From: Alphaproteobacteria bacterium
Lineage (GTDB): Bacteria > Pseudomonadota > Alphaproteobacteria > UBA828
Direction: 5' to 3'
NCBI GenBank assembly: GCA_965214705.1
Contig: CBDCCI010000002.1
Coordinates: forward strand, 2,944,001-3,008,000
DNA: 64,000 nucleotides
Part shown: in pieces, positions 42,233-52,875 of the stretch
Layout: each line of letters opens with the position of its first letter
Numbering within the stretch: position 1 is the first letter of the stretch
Notes under the pieces: model-generated
Databases searched by the model: none
Seen by the model: only the letters and a program-made list of their open reading frames with translations
What the model was told of the DNA's origin: nothing
Program-made: the position numbers and the translations under genes

Positions 42233-43676
42233 TCAGGTCGAACTGACGGCTAGTCGTTGATCCGGCCACGGGTGTCGGATTCTCAGCTTGGGCCAGTGTC
42301 GAGCTTTAAGTTTGTCGATGTCGGCCCATGTAAATCGGTCCTTTTGCGATCTGCGGCGTATAATGGCGAGCCACACCCGCTTTAGGCGGACGAGGAAGCG
42401 TTGTAAGTACCGGCTGCTGGTCGGGACGGCATAGTAGTTCAGCCATCCGTCCACCACTTTGCCCAGCCACCTGGCCGTATCCTCGATGTTGTCATGCATC
42501 CGCCTGCGTAGCACCTCTTTGATCCGCTTCAGGGTGCGGGCCATCCTCTTCGCCATCGGCCTGCGCCCCAGCATGAAGTACCCCCGTCTGGTCTTCGCGC
42601 AGTAGTGTGTGAAGCCCAGAAAATCGAAGGTCTCCGGTCTACCCTGCCCTCGGCCTTGGCGGCGCTCTATGGCGTGCCGCCCGAACTCGATGAGCCGGGT
42701 CTTGTCGGGATGCAGTTCCAGGTCGAAGCGTCCGAGCCGCTCCTTTACGGCCTCCAGAAAGCACTCCGCGTCCTGCTCGTGCTGAAAACCCACCACAGAG
42801 TCGTCGGCGTAGCGAACGATGATCGAGTCGCCGTTGACCTCGTGGCTGCGCCACTTCTTCTGGAACCAAAGATCGAGGACGTAGTGCAGATAAACGTTCG
42901 CCAAGATCGGCGAAATCACCGAACCCTGCGGAGTTCCCCGCAGGTCGTCACGCCACTCTCCAGCTTCCATGACGCCAGCGTTCAACCACTTGATAATCAG
43001 CCTGATAACCCGCCTGTCCCCTATCCGGTGCTCTAGAAACCGGACCAGCCAGTCCCTCGAAACCGTGTCGAAAAACTTGCGGATGTCACAGTCCACTATC
43101 CAGTTGATCTTGCGCCTTTCGATCCCGACCGCCAGCGCATCGAGCGCATTGTGCGCCCCACGCTCGGGTCGGAACCCGTAGCTAAACCCCAGAAACTCCG
43201 CCTCGTAGATCGGCGTCAGGATTATCTCCGCCACAGCCTTCTGGACGATCTTGTCCTCTATGGCCGCGACGCCGAGCGGTCGTGTGCCGCCATCCGGCTT
43301 CGGGATGTTCACCCGCCGTGATGGCGTCGCCCGGTACGCCCCCGAGTGCACTCGGTCGTGCAGGTCGGCGAGACGGCCTTCCAGCCCTTCCTTGTACATC
43401 CGCCACGTCAGGCCATCGACACCCGCCGCAGCGTCCTTCTTCAACTCGAAGAACGCCCAGCGCAGCGCAGCGACCGTGACGTGATGGAGGAGCGTCGTGA
43501 GACGCACCCCAGGTTCCCTTTGTACAAACTGCCGTATCCGGTCAGCCGCTTGTGACACGCTCTCCCGGTCCTGCGTCCGGCGCGTGCTTTGGCCTTCCAG
43601 ATTCCCCTTGGGCTCGGCCCTTGGCTCCACCGGCTCCGCCGGGGCAGGTGCCCCATTGTTCGCCGGCTTCATCGCT
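42233..43676 (-). CDS. ltrA: Group II intron A reverse transcriptase/maturase, main part (first 35 nt at 49425-49459)
   Basis: AAGVDG, IPKPDG..RPLG, SYGFRP, GTPQG..SPILAN, RYADD, FDFLGF, maturase X domain; no HNH domain. Confidence 0.92.
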
Positions 43677-43770
43677 GTCGGGTCGGAGGAGGCGCCCCGC
43701 GAGGCTAGCCTCCGTCCGCCGCTCAAACGGCCCGTACGGTTTTCCCGTAAGCCGCTTTCACAAAGGTGTC

Positions 43771-44394
43771 TCAACGAAGGTTCAAGGACGGAACCAGTGA
43801 GATCAGGCGAACAAGCCCGTATTCGTCGATCAGCTTGCGCTCCGGCAACTGTTTCCAGCCAGCGTTGCGCCAGCGCTTGCGACGATGCGACCAGAGCCGC
43901 CGCACGATCCAGCCGTCAAGCTGGTGGAAGAGCCCGCGGACGTGGGCCTTGCAATAGTATTGGCCCCATCCCCGAATGATCGGGTTGATCTCGTCAATCA
44001 GCTCCTGCGTGCTGACAGGAGCCTTGCGCCGGGTACGCTGGCGAATCTGGTCCTTGAAGTGCCGGATGGATTTCTCACGCGGAACCGCGTAGCGCGCTCC
44101 CCCGCGAACCCCGCTCTTGATCTTGGAGGACGACAGCCGGAGAGGCCGCTCGCCCTGCTTGATCTTGTAGCCGAGGAACTCAAACCCGTGCCTGACATGG
44201 ACAATGCGGGTCTTCCCGGCGTTGAGGGACACACCCAGCTTTGCCAGAATCCGCCTGGCCGTCTCCAGTGCTGCGCGGGCTTCCCCGCGTGTGCGGCACG
44301 TGATCAGCCAATCATCGGCGTATCGCGTTAGTCGATAGCCGCGACGACGCATTTCCCAATCGAACGGGGTCAGCAAGATATTGCTGAGCAGCGG
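43771..44394 (-). pseudogene. Intron B reverse transcriptase, C-terminal half
   Basis: PLLSNILLTPFD..RYADDW..GFEFLGY..INPIIRGWGQYY. Confidence 0.9.
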
Positions 44395-44478
44395 ATATGG
44401 GAACCTTATGATTCTGGGAACCTGAGCCGCTGCGGGCGTTGATTATCAAGGGATTGGGCACGGCTCAGGTTCCCATAA
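44389..44478 (+). repeat. RIT left 90-bp inverted repeat
   Basis: Exact reverse complement of 48003-48092; internal TGGGAACCTGAGCCG / CGGCTCAGGTTCCCA dyad. Confidence 0.92.
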
Positions 44479-44526
44479 AAATCTGCTTTTCTCCTGCCGG
44501 TTTTGCCCCTGGACAGGAGAATCGGC

Positions 44527-46083
44527 ATGTCTTCCATGATCACCAACACGGCGTCGCCCGAGGCGGGTGATGGACCGGATCCGGGCATCGTCCCGACCTA
44601 CAAGGCGCGGTTGCAGGCCCTGGGATATTCCCCGAGCCTGACGGGCAAGTGCATCCGAACGATCCTGCACCTCATCGCATGGTTGTCGGCGAACGGGATG
44701 GGGATCGAGACGCTCGACATTCGCGTCTTGCATCGATTCCTGAACCATGACTGCGCCTGTCCCGGTCCGCGCGGATACCGGAAGAACCTCGGACGTGCCC
44801 GATGGCATCTGCACCGGTTTCTCGGCTTCCTCATGGAAACGGGGCGAGTGCGGATACCTCCGGAGATCGAGAGCGGCGGCCGCGTGGTGGAGGCATTCCT
44901 TCAAACGCTCGTGGCACAAGGATATGTGCCCGAGTCGATCGCCGCGTACCGGAAGCGCTGTCGCCACTTCATCGTCTGGCTCTACCTGCACGATGTCGCA
45001 CTCGCCGAGATCGATGACGATGTCCTCTCCCGCTTCCTCGCGCACGACTGCACCTGCGCGCATCCGGACTTCTTCATCAGGACCGGCAGATTCGCGGGTT
45101 GCAACAACAGCCGATCGAAGATCGGGTTGTTCATCGATTACCTGATCGGCACGGGCATCGCCCCGCCGCGCCCGATGCCGGCGCGCGAGGAACCCGGACA
45201 ATATGTGGCGCGTTTTCTGGTCTGGCTGCGGCGCTATCGCGGCATCGGGGAGAGGACCATAGAGAGCTACCACAAGGCCATGCGGGTGCTGCTTCCCCAT
45301 CTTGGCGACGATCCCGATCGATACAGCGCGACGCTGATCAGGAACACGGTGCAGTGCCGCCTTGAGACGGCATCGCGCGATCTTGTCCGACGCGAGACGT
45401 CGGCGCTTCGGCTGTATCTGCGCTTCCTCGTGCTGGATGGCCTTTGCCGGCCGGGACTTGTCGCTGCGGTGCCGACGGTCCCCCTTCAGAGGTTCTCGAC
45501 ATTGCCCCGTCATCTGCCGCGGGACGACATCGAACGCATCATCGCATCCTGCGACCGGGCGACGCCCATGGGACTGCGGGATCGCGCCATCCTGTTGCTC
45601 CTCGCCCGGCTCGCCCTGCGTGCCGGCGATGTCGCCAATCTTCGGCTGAACGATATCGACTGGGACAAGGCCGTCGTTCGGGTCAGCGGCAAATCGCGCC
45701 GCGCCGCGGTCTTGCCGTTGCCGCAGGACGTCGGCGCCGCGGTCAAGGATTACATCCTCCGTGCCCGACCTGTCGTGGATACCGAGAAAGTGTTCCTGCG
45801 CATGATGCCGCCGCTCCATCAGCCCCTGGCCAGCGGTGGTGTGTCGGCGGTCGCGCAGGCTGCGATCAAGCGGTCCGGCGTCAAGGCTGAGGGTCTGCCG
45901 GCGGGGCATGTCTTCCGGCATTCCGCGGCGACCAATCTGCTGCGCGACAACACGCCGCTGGAAGTCATCGGCACCCTGCTGCGTCATCAGTCCACGCAGA
46001 CAACGGCGATCTATGCGCGGGTCGATGTCCGAATGCTCCGGGAAGTGGCCCAGCCCTGGCCGGACGCGGGAGAAGCACGATGA
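44527..46083 (+). CDS. ritA: RIT tyrosine recombinase A (long form)
   Basis: RDRAILLLLARLALRAGDV, GK, HVFRHS.AT, LRH, T.IY; CAGGAG ribosome-binding site. Confidence 0.88.
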   Translation: MSSMITNTASPEAGDGPDPGIVPTYKARLQALGYSPSLTGKCIRTILHLIAWLSANGMGIETLDIRVLHRFLNHDCACPGPRGYRKNLGRARWHLHRFLGFLMETGRVRIPPEIESGGRVVEAFLQTLVAQGYVPESIAAYRKRCRHFIVWLYLHDVALAEIDDDVLSRFLAHDCTCAHPDFFIRTGRFAGCNNSRSKIGLFIDYLIGTGIAPPRPMPAREEPGQYVARFLVWLRRYRGIGERTIESYHKAMRVLLPHLGDDPDRYSATLIRNTVQCRLETASRDLVRRETSALRLYLRFLVLDGLCRPGLVAAVPTVPLQRFSTLPRHLPRDDIERIIASCDRATPMGLRDRAILLLLARLALRAGDVANLRLNDIDWDKAVVRVSGKSRRAAVLPLPQDVGAAVKDYILRARPVVDTEKVFLRMMPPLHQPLASGGVSAVAQAAIKRSGVKAEGLPAGHVFRHSAATNLLRDNTPLEVIGTLLRHQSTQTTAIYARVDVRMLREVAQPWPDAGEAR

Positions 46084-47006
46084 CCCTGGCCGACCATGTG
46101 GAGCGTTACGTTATATTCCGCCGGGCTCTGGGCCACGCCTATGTGGAACAGGCGCGGTGCCTGCAGGATTACGCGACCTACGCCGAGGCCCATGGTGACA
46201 GCTTCGTGCGCAGCAGCACGGTCCTCGATTGGGCATCGACAACGCCGTCTCCCCGCCAGGCGCAGGTCAAGCTGCGCTACGTGTGCGATCTTGCCAGCGT
46301 CCTGCACGCCGAAGACGAACGCCACGAGGTGCCTGACCGCGACGCCCTGGGCAAGGCAGTATCACGGCGGCCATCGCCTCATCTGCTGTCATTGACCGAG
46401 ATCGGGCTGATCATGGATGCGGCGCTGGAGCTGCCGCCGGCCGGTTCGATCACGCCCCTGACGTTCCATTACATCCTGGGGCTGATCGCCGCGACCGGAT
46501 TGCGGCGCTCGGAGGCGACCGGCCTCCTGCTGACGGACCTGACGGTGGATGGCCTGCTGATCAGGAAGGCGAAGTTCGGCAAGCGCCGCCTCATCCCGCT
46601 GGATGACAGCGTCCATCGGGCCATGGAGACGTATCTCGCGGAGAGGAAGCGCCGCGGTGGGCCCGACGACCACCTGTTCGTGCTCTCGACGGGCCGGCCC
46701 ATGCACCCGGTCTATCTCTGTACCGTCTTCATCAAGCTGGCACGGCGGGTCGGGCTTCGAGGCGGGCCAGGCGAGCCCGGGCCGCGCCTTCATGACCTCA
46801 GGCACAGCTTCGCAGTTCGCGCGCTCGAACATATGGTCTCGGCCGAGCGGCGGGATGTCGGCCGTCACATGCTGGCGCTGTCGACCTATCTCGGCCATTC
46901 CAACATCGCCGACACCTACTGGTACCTCGAAGCGACGCCTGTGTTGCTGCGACAGGTATCGCAGGCAACCGAGCGGCTGCATGAGGGGAGGAAGAACGAT
47001 GGCTGA
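46080..47006 (+). CDS. ritB: RIT tyrosine recombinase B
   Basis: ATGA overlap with ritA; TGLRRSEA, KFGK.R, PRLHDLRHSFAV, LSTYLGH, TYWYL. Confidence 0.9.
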   Translation: MTLADHVERYVIFRRALGHAYVEQARCLQDYATYAEAHGDSFVRSSTVLDWASTTPSPRQAQVKLRYVCDLASVLHAEDERHEVPDRDALGKAVSRRPSPHLLSLTEIGLIMDAALELPPAGSITPLTFHYILGLIAATGLRRSEATGLLLTDLTVDGLLIRKAKFGKRRLIPLDDSVHRAMETYLAERKRRGGPDDHLFVLSTGRPMHPVYLCTVFIKLARRVGLRGGPGEPGPRLHDLRHSFAVRALEHMVSAERRDVGRHMLALSTYLGHSNIADTYWYLEATPVLLRQVSQATERLHEGRKNDG

Positions 47007-47991
47007 ACTCGCTCCTCCCCTTGCGATGTTCCTCCGGGAATATCTTCCACGCGACAGGGGCACGAGCCGGCATACCGTTGAGAGCTATGCCCTGTGCTTC
47101 AAGTTGTTGGTCGTCTTCGTGGCGGATAAGCACGGCATTCGGCCCTGCAAGCTCGAGATCGGTCATCTCGACATAGCGACCCTTCTTGAGTTCCTCGAAC
47201 ATCTCGAACGGGATCGGGAAAACGGGGTGCGTACACGCAATGCCCGGCTCGCGGCCATCAAGGCCTTCTTCCGCTTCCTCGAGTTCCGGCACCCGGGATA
47301 TCTCGACCTCGCCGCACAGGTGCGTGAGATCCCGGTGAAGAAGGGCGACGTGCCCCTCATCGGCTCTCTCGACCGGGCGGAAACGCAGGCTCTGCTCGAC
47401 GCGCCGGATCCGGGCACGGTGGCTGGAACACGGGACCGCGCGATGCTGTGTCTCACCTACAACGCCGGCCTGCGGGTCTCGGAGCTGGTCGGGCTCGCGC
47501 TCGACGATCTGAAGATGCCGGCCCTCGACGAGGTGCACGTCATCGGCAAGGGCCGGCGGGAACGCATCCTGCCGCTGTGGAAGGAAACCCGCGGTGCCCT
47601 GCGCGACTGGCTCGCTATCCGGCCGAAGAGTGCCGACCGGCATCTCTTCCTCAATGCCATGGGCACCGGCATGACCCGGCGCGGCTTCGCCAAACGGATT
47701 GTCCTGCATGCGCAAACCGCTGCGCGCAGCGTGCCGTCGATCGCCGGCAAGACCGTATCTCCCCATCTATTGCGGCACGCTTGCGCGATCCACACTCTCG
47801 AGGCGACAGGCGACGTCAGGAAGGTCTCACTCTGGCTCGGGCACTCCAGCGTTCAGACCACCGAGATGTACCTGCAGGCGGATCCCACCGACAAGCTGGA
47901 TACGCTCGACAAATGGCGCCCTCCCAGCCTCCGGAAGGGCGTGTTCAAGGGTGCGCAGGACGAGGTGCTCGCGATGCTTGCAGGCACCTGA
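46999..47991 (+). CDS. ritC: RIT tyrosine recombinase C
   Basis: TRNARLAAIK.FF, YNAGLRVSE, GKGRRER, SPHLLRH.CA, WLGH, TT.MY. Confidence 0.9.
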   Translation: MAELAPPLAMFLREYLPRDRGTSRHTVESYALCFKLLVVFVADKHGIRPCKLEIGHLDIATLLEFLEHLERDRENGVRTRNARLAAIKAFFRFLEFRHPGYLDLAAQVREIPVKKGDVPLIGSLDRAETQALLDAPDPGTVAGTRDRAMLCLTYNAGLRVSELVGLALDDLKMPALDEVHVIGKGRRERILPLWKETRGALRDWLAIRPKSADRHLFLNAMGTGMTRRGFAKRIVLHAQTAARSVPSIAGKTVSPHLLRHACAIHTLEATGDVRKVSLWLGHSSVQTTEMYLQADPTDKLDTLDKWRPPSLRKGVFKGAQDEVLAMLAGT

Positions 47992-48002
47992 ACCCGCCAA
48001 TC

Positions 48003-48092
48003 TTATGGGAACCTGAGCCGTGCCCAATCCCTTGATAATCAACGCCCGCAGCGGCTCAGGTTCCCAGAATCATAAGGTTCCCATATCCGCTG
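48003..48092 (-). repeat. RIT right 90-bp inverted repeat
   Basis: Exact reverse complement of 44389-44478. Confidence 0.92.
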
Positions 48093-48118
48093 TTATCGGA
48101 ACGTTCCGATAACAGCGG
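48087..48118. repeat. Perfect 32-bp palindrome at the RIT right junction
   Basis: CCGCTGTTATCGGAAC|GTTCCGATAACAGCGG. Confidence 0.92.
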
Positions 48119-48805
48119 TGAAACGATGCCGCCCTGCGGAGTGCCCTGTTCGGTCGGCAGCCTCTTACCGTCGGCCACCACCCCGGCCGTGAGCATCTGC
48201 CTGAGCAGACCTAATACCCGGCCATCCGAGACTCGCTGGTTGACGAGTTCGAGGAGCTTTTCGTGGTCCACGGACCCGAAAAAGTCTTTCAAATCCGCAT
48301 CGAGAACCCACTCGTTGCCCTCGTCCAGTTCCCTCCATATCTTGCGTAACGCTCCATGGGCAGACCTTCCTTGCCGGTACCCGTAGTTGGCATCGTCGAA
48401 CACCGGCTCGAAGATCGGTTCCAGCCGGTTCAGCAGCGCCTGCTGGCACACCCGGTCGTAGATTGTCGGGATGCCGAGCGGGCGGAACTTCCCCGGCTGG
48501 CCCGCCTTGGGGATCAGGCATTGGAGAACCGGCTGCGGGTGATACTCACCGTCCCGCAACTCCCGGTGCAGGCGATCGAGATTTGCATCCAGCGATGCCT
48601 CGAACGCCGCTAAATCCTCTCCGTCCACGCCACCGGCACCCCGGTTGCGCTTCACCTTTTCCCAGGCCACCTCAAGGTTCTTCCGCTTGTACACCTTGTC
48701 CACCAGTGAGTGGACCTTCCTGTCACCCGCCGGGTTGATCCAGTCGATGAGTCTCCTCGGGCCATGATGTCCGGGTCTTTCGCTCAAGGAACTTGTCCGC
48801 GTCAT
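48113..48805 (-). pseudogene. Intron B reverse transcriptase, N-terminal half
   Basis: KVHSLVDKVY, GAGGVDG, IPK..RPLGIPT..DRV.Q, YGYR.GR, DADLKDFF, GTPQGGIVSPL. Confidence 0.9.
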
Positions 48806-49956
48806 GGTCCTTACTCACTCATCGCTGTCTCTCGCCGACCACCTCTGCCAACCGCCTTCCCCGGCCCACACGGCCGCCGCTCGCGCGGTCACCCGGCTTT
48901 CGCCGGGCTTCAGGTACTATTCGGTTGTCCGATTGCTCGCCGCGCATCCTTTCCCATTTCGCCTTTCGGCTTATAGGGTCCGTTATCCCGGTGCCACCCG
49001 GGAACGCGGCGAGCCCTCCTGGGGTCACGTCCAGATCTTCCGTACCGTGCCGCTCGCAAACACCTTGGTGCGACGGGTGGGTAAGAACGCCTTCGCCGCC
49101 ATAGTGCCGGCTCGACCTTGCCCCGTCTTTGGCCGACCGATTCATCATGGGGTGGCCCCCTCGATTACGGCCCGGTACTTCTCCGCAAGCCCTTCAGATT
49201 CCACCTCGCGGTGGACACCCTGCCTTCCGGTTGTCTTTCGACAGTGGACCAACTTAGCTCCTCCCTTGGCTGTCTCCGCCGTTTCCGGCTTCGTGCCCGT
49301 TTAGAGTTTCGCTTATCGGCTCACTCCGGCCAGTGAGGAATTACCCCCACTTTTGGATATGGCGCCCCTTACCCGAGCGCCAGTGGGACTTGAACCCACC
49401 TGATCTGGGCGCTGCCCAGCACACACTATGGCCGAGTCTGATTTCTCCATGTCGTTCATCTTCGGTTACGGACTCCTCCTTTCCTCAGCGTTCCCGCCAC
49501 GACTCAGCGGGATGACATGGAGACCTCCCAGGTCCCGGTGCAGTGCGTACGTACGTGCGTGGGTTCTCTGACACCGCGGGATTCAGACCCCCCTCGCCAT
49601 ATCGGTGGGCCAGATGCGACCTTCGGCCAACGAAAGAGCCTCGGCATCCCGGATGATGTTTCTTTCGGTGCTCAATAGCCCCGCCCACACGCGCCCCTGT
49701 CAACGCTTGACCCTCGCCCTCGCGAGCGACGGCCCATGACTCGGGGTGGAAGTGGTGGCTCACCTTCTCCTTCCTGTTGGACTTTCACCAACTGCACTCG
49801 CACCAGTTCGCCTGGCGCACTCCGCACCCACTCCCGCCCAAGACTTCCTAGGGCCAGGTGCTGCCCCTGCGCGCGCGTGAATCACAAAGGACATCACGAC
49901 GGGGCACAGGGTCCCGGAGGATGAACATCCAGAGGGATGGAACAAGGGAGATCATC

Positions 49957-50877
49957 ATGATCGACACCACCAGCACTACCGCATCTGCTTCTTCCACTGC
50001 CACGGTCTGCGAGAGCATGGCCCTCTATGGCGCAGCGCCCGAGCGCGGCGAGCTCGACAGCAGGGTCGTATGGGACGAAGACGACGCCATCGACGCGCTG
50101 AACGAAGCCATCCGCGTCATCGTCGACGGCATCACCGTAGACGGCACGCAGATGGCCGACGAGCGCGAGCCGCTCATGTGGGGCTTCACCAACATGCTGC
50201 ACAGCCAGGTCACCCGCCTCGACCGCGCCGTCGACCGCATCGCGCCCGAGATGCGCGACCTCGAGAAGGCGCAGGATGGATCGGAGGTGAAGGCCTGGGA
50301 GCTGCAGACCATGACCGACCGCGCCCAGAACCTCGGTGATCGGCGCGACGCCTTCGAGAAGCTCCGCGACCTCGCCGCCGACGCCTACCGCGTCGAGACC
50401 GGCGACACATGGCGCCCGAGGCACGGCTCGCACACGAGCCAGACCGGACAGCTCACCTCCGCCGCCATCGACGCACGCGACTTCCGCAGAGCCCGCAAGG
50501 ATCGCGAGACACGCGCGCACCTGCCCGAGGGCACCCTGGTCGCGATCACTGGCGGCAAGACCGTCAGCGATGCCGACGCGGTCTGGAGCACGCTCGACAT
50601 GGCCCGCGCGAAGTACGGCGACATGGTCCTGCTGCACGGTGGCGGTCCCGGCGTCGAGAAGATCGCCGCGAGCTGGGCCGAGGCCAGAGGCGTCAACCAG
50701 GTCATCTGCCGCCCCGACTGGAGCGCACACGGCAAGGCCGCGCCCTTCCGCCGCAACGACGAACTGCTCAACCTGCTGCCCAAGGGCGTCATCGCCTTCC
50801 CAGGCTCCGGCATCACCGGCAACCTCGTCGACAAAGCCCGCACGCTGGGCATACCCGTCATGAGCGTGGCAGCGTGA
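49957..50877 (+). CDS. DUF2493 / SLOG-family protein of plasmid/ICE backbones
   Basis: TG..WRPR.GS, LLHGG..G.E.IAA.WA, PDW..HGKAAPFRRND, IAFPGSGIT.NL.DKA. Confidence 0.82.
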   Translation: MIDTTSTTASASSTATVCESMALYGAAPERGELDSRVVWDEDDAIDALNEAIRVIVDGITVDGTQMADEREPLMWGFTNMLHSQVTRLDRAVDRIAPEMRDLEKAQDGSEVKAWELQTMTDRAQNLGDRRDAFEKLRDLAADAYRVETGDTWRPRHGSHTSQTGQLTSAAIDARDFRRARKDRETRAHLPEGTLVAITGGKTVSDADAVWSTLDMARAKYGDMVLLHGGGPGVEKIAASWAEARGVNQVICRPDWSAHGKAAPFRRNDELLNLLPKGVIAFPGSGITGNLVDKARTLGIPVMSVAA

Positions 50878-51728
50878 CGGCGGCGCTTGCCTGTTCCGTT
50901 GGAGGCGGTTCTCGCTTCGGCGAGGATCGCCTCCACATTTTTTTGCCGTCCCCCCTCGCGCATCGCGGCGCGGCACTCCGCGCCGACGCCGCGCTCACCG
51001 GACGCAAAGTGCTCTCCGGCCTACCATCCGGAGCCGTCGCGTCTGGCTCGGCGCTCGCGCGCCGTAGCCGGACGCTCGCCGCACCTTGGCGCGCACGACC
51101 ACCGCGCGCTGACCGACGGTGCCGACGACGACGATCGCCTGCCTGCAAGTCCCACACGGACCATGTGGATATCCTTGCCGCCGTACGACCAGAAGCGCTA
51201 CTGCGCCGTGCCCCGGCCCGCTCCGTCGCCGCTGGCGACGTTCGCCGCGACACCTTGCCCGCACGACATGCCGCCTCGGCTGAAGCGCCGAGCGTCACCC
51301 CGCCCGACACTCGCCATGACGATGGTGATCCGTCAACCGTGTTGACCATGATCGTGTGCCCCCTCCAGTGCCCAATCCGGTCGCGCCGCACACCGTCGTG
51401 CGCCCTGCGCGACCGCCCGGTCACTGCCGCAGAAACTCCGGCATGCCTCACTCAACAGGTTGGGCCCTGATCCCTTTTCTCACCCCCCTCAAGTCCCGGC
51501 TCTACGGCGGAGCCGCTTTAACTTTCACACCTGACGCACCTGCAGTGCCTTGAGCGAGACTTTACCGGCTTTCATTCTCCAGACGATTGCCGTGCAGAAT
51601 CAGTCCATTGGACTTGATTCGGCCCTCGGCCTCGATCCCCCGCGCGGGCCGCGTTGCCATCCCGAAACCGCCGCCCCGTTCCCTTGGAACGGGCGGCGCC
51701 TGAGGGAACGGACAACGGAGACACGCCC

Positions 51729-52875
51729 ATGCGCATCCATGCGACCATCAACGAACGAACCGTGCGCCGCTCGTTCCGCGAGAAACGAATCGGTCGAAAC
51801 GGCCTGACCGTCATCGACAGGGATCTGCCGGCCTTCGGCCTCAAAGTCTCCAGGAACGGCAGGAAGACCTTCTTCGTCCGGGCGGAGCGCCCCGTCGGCG
51901 GGGCCAAGACAACACTGGGGACGGCCGACGAGATGACCGCCGCCGAGGCGAGGGAGAAGGCCATTGCCGCCATAGCGGCCGCGAAGGCCGAGTGCGAGGC
52001 CGGGCCACGGTTCGCCGACTTCGCCCAGGAGTTCATGCGCCGCCACGGGCGGCGCTGGAAGCCGTCCACGAGGAAGGGCAACCGTCACCTGATCGACCGC
52101 TACCTCGTGCCCTTCTTCGGCACCATGCCCGTCGGAGAGATCGCCCGTGCGGACGTGCAGCGCTGGTTCGATTCCATGAGCGCCACCCCGGGCAATGCCA
52201 ACCGGGCGCTGCCGGTGCTCTCCGTCATGATGCGCCAGGCGGAGCTTTGGGACTTCCGGCCCCAGGGTTCCAACCCATGCCGCAACATGCGGCGCTACAA
52301 GACCACGCCGCGCGAGCGGTTCCTGTCGGTGGACGAACTGAAGCGCCTCGGCTTCGTGCTTGACCACGCCGAGGACAAGCAGGCCGCCGCCGCGATCCGG
52401 CTGCTGCTGTTCACCGGCGCGCGATCCTCGGAGATCACCGGCCTCCAGTGGGACTGGATACGCGGCACCCGCGCAGTGCTGCCCGACTCCAAGACCGGGC
52501 CCAAGGCGATCCAGCTCCCGCCGCCCGCGAGGGCCGTTCTCGGCGGCCTGCCGCGCAACGGGCCGTTCGTCTTTCCCAACAAGGCCGGCACCGGGCCGAT
52601 GACCGATCTCGGCCTGCGCTGGTACAAGCTGCGCGACCTCGCCGGGCTCGACTGCGTGCGCATCCACGACTGCCGGCACACCTTCGCCTCCCACGGTCAT
52701 GAGCGGGCTCGATCTCTACACCGTCGGACGTCTGCTGGGTCATGCCGACGTCGCATCCACCGAGCGCTACGCCCATCTCGCCGACGAGCACGTCCGCGCG
52801 GCGGCCGGGCGCATCTCCGGCATCGTCCACGAGGCCATGACCGGAAGTGGGAAGGAGGCAGATCATGACGAGTAA
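51729..52875 (+). pseudogene. Integrase (arm-binding + tyrosine recombinase), frameshifted near 52695
   Basis: TGARSSE and RIHDCRHTFASH in one frame; VMSGLDLYTVGRLLGH..TERYAH continues in another frame. Confidence 0.82.

Larger units (their letters stand above)
44395..48112 (+). mobile_element. RIT (recombinase-in-trio) element inserted in the intron B RT gene
   Basis: Three overlapping tyrosine recombinase genes; flanking direct repeat CAGCGG at 44389-44394 and 48113-48118; long terminal inverted repeats. Confidence 0.9.
43677..49424 (-). mobile_element. Group II intron B nested in the RT gene of intron A (twintron)
   Basis: 5' GTGTGCTGGGC at 49424; domain V AAAGCGGCTTACGGGAAAACCGTACGGGCCGTTT; 3' CCGACCCGAC at 43677; removal restores ...SAIV/AMKPAN in frame. 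Confidence 0.9.
40179..49820 (-). mobile_element. Group II intron A (bacterial, probably class E-like) containing nested insertions
   Basis: 5' GTGCGCCAGG at 49820; domain V GAGCCGGATGC..GCACGTCCGGATC and domain VI ending CCCTACCGCGAT at 40179. Confidence 0.9.

Noticed and set aside
42233-48805. Retron, DGR or defence-type reverse transcriptases
   Set aside because: Both RTs have maturase domains and flanking group II 5' GUGYG and domain V/VI structures
50880-51700. Overlapping short ORFs between DUF2493 and the integrases
   Set aside because: Arg/Pro/Ala-rich GC artefacts; no relaxase, oriT or tRNA could be supported
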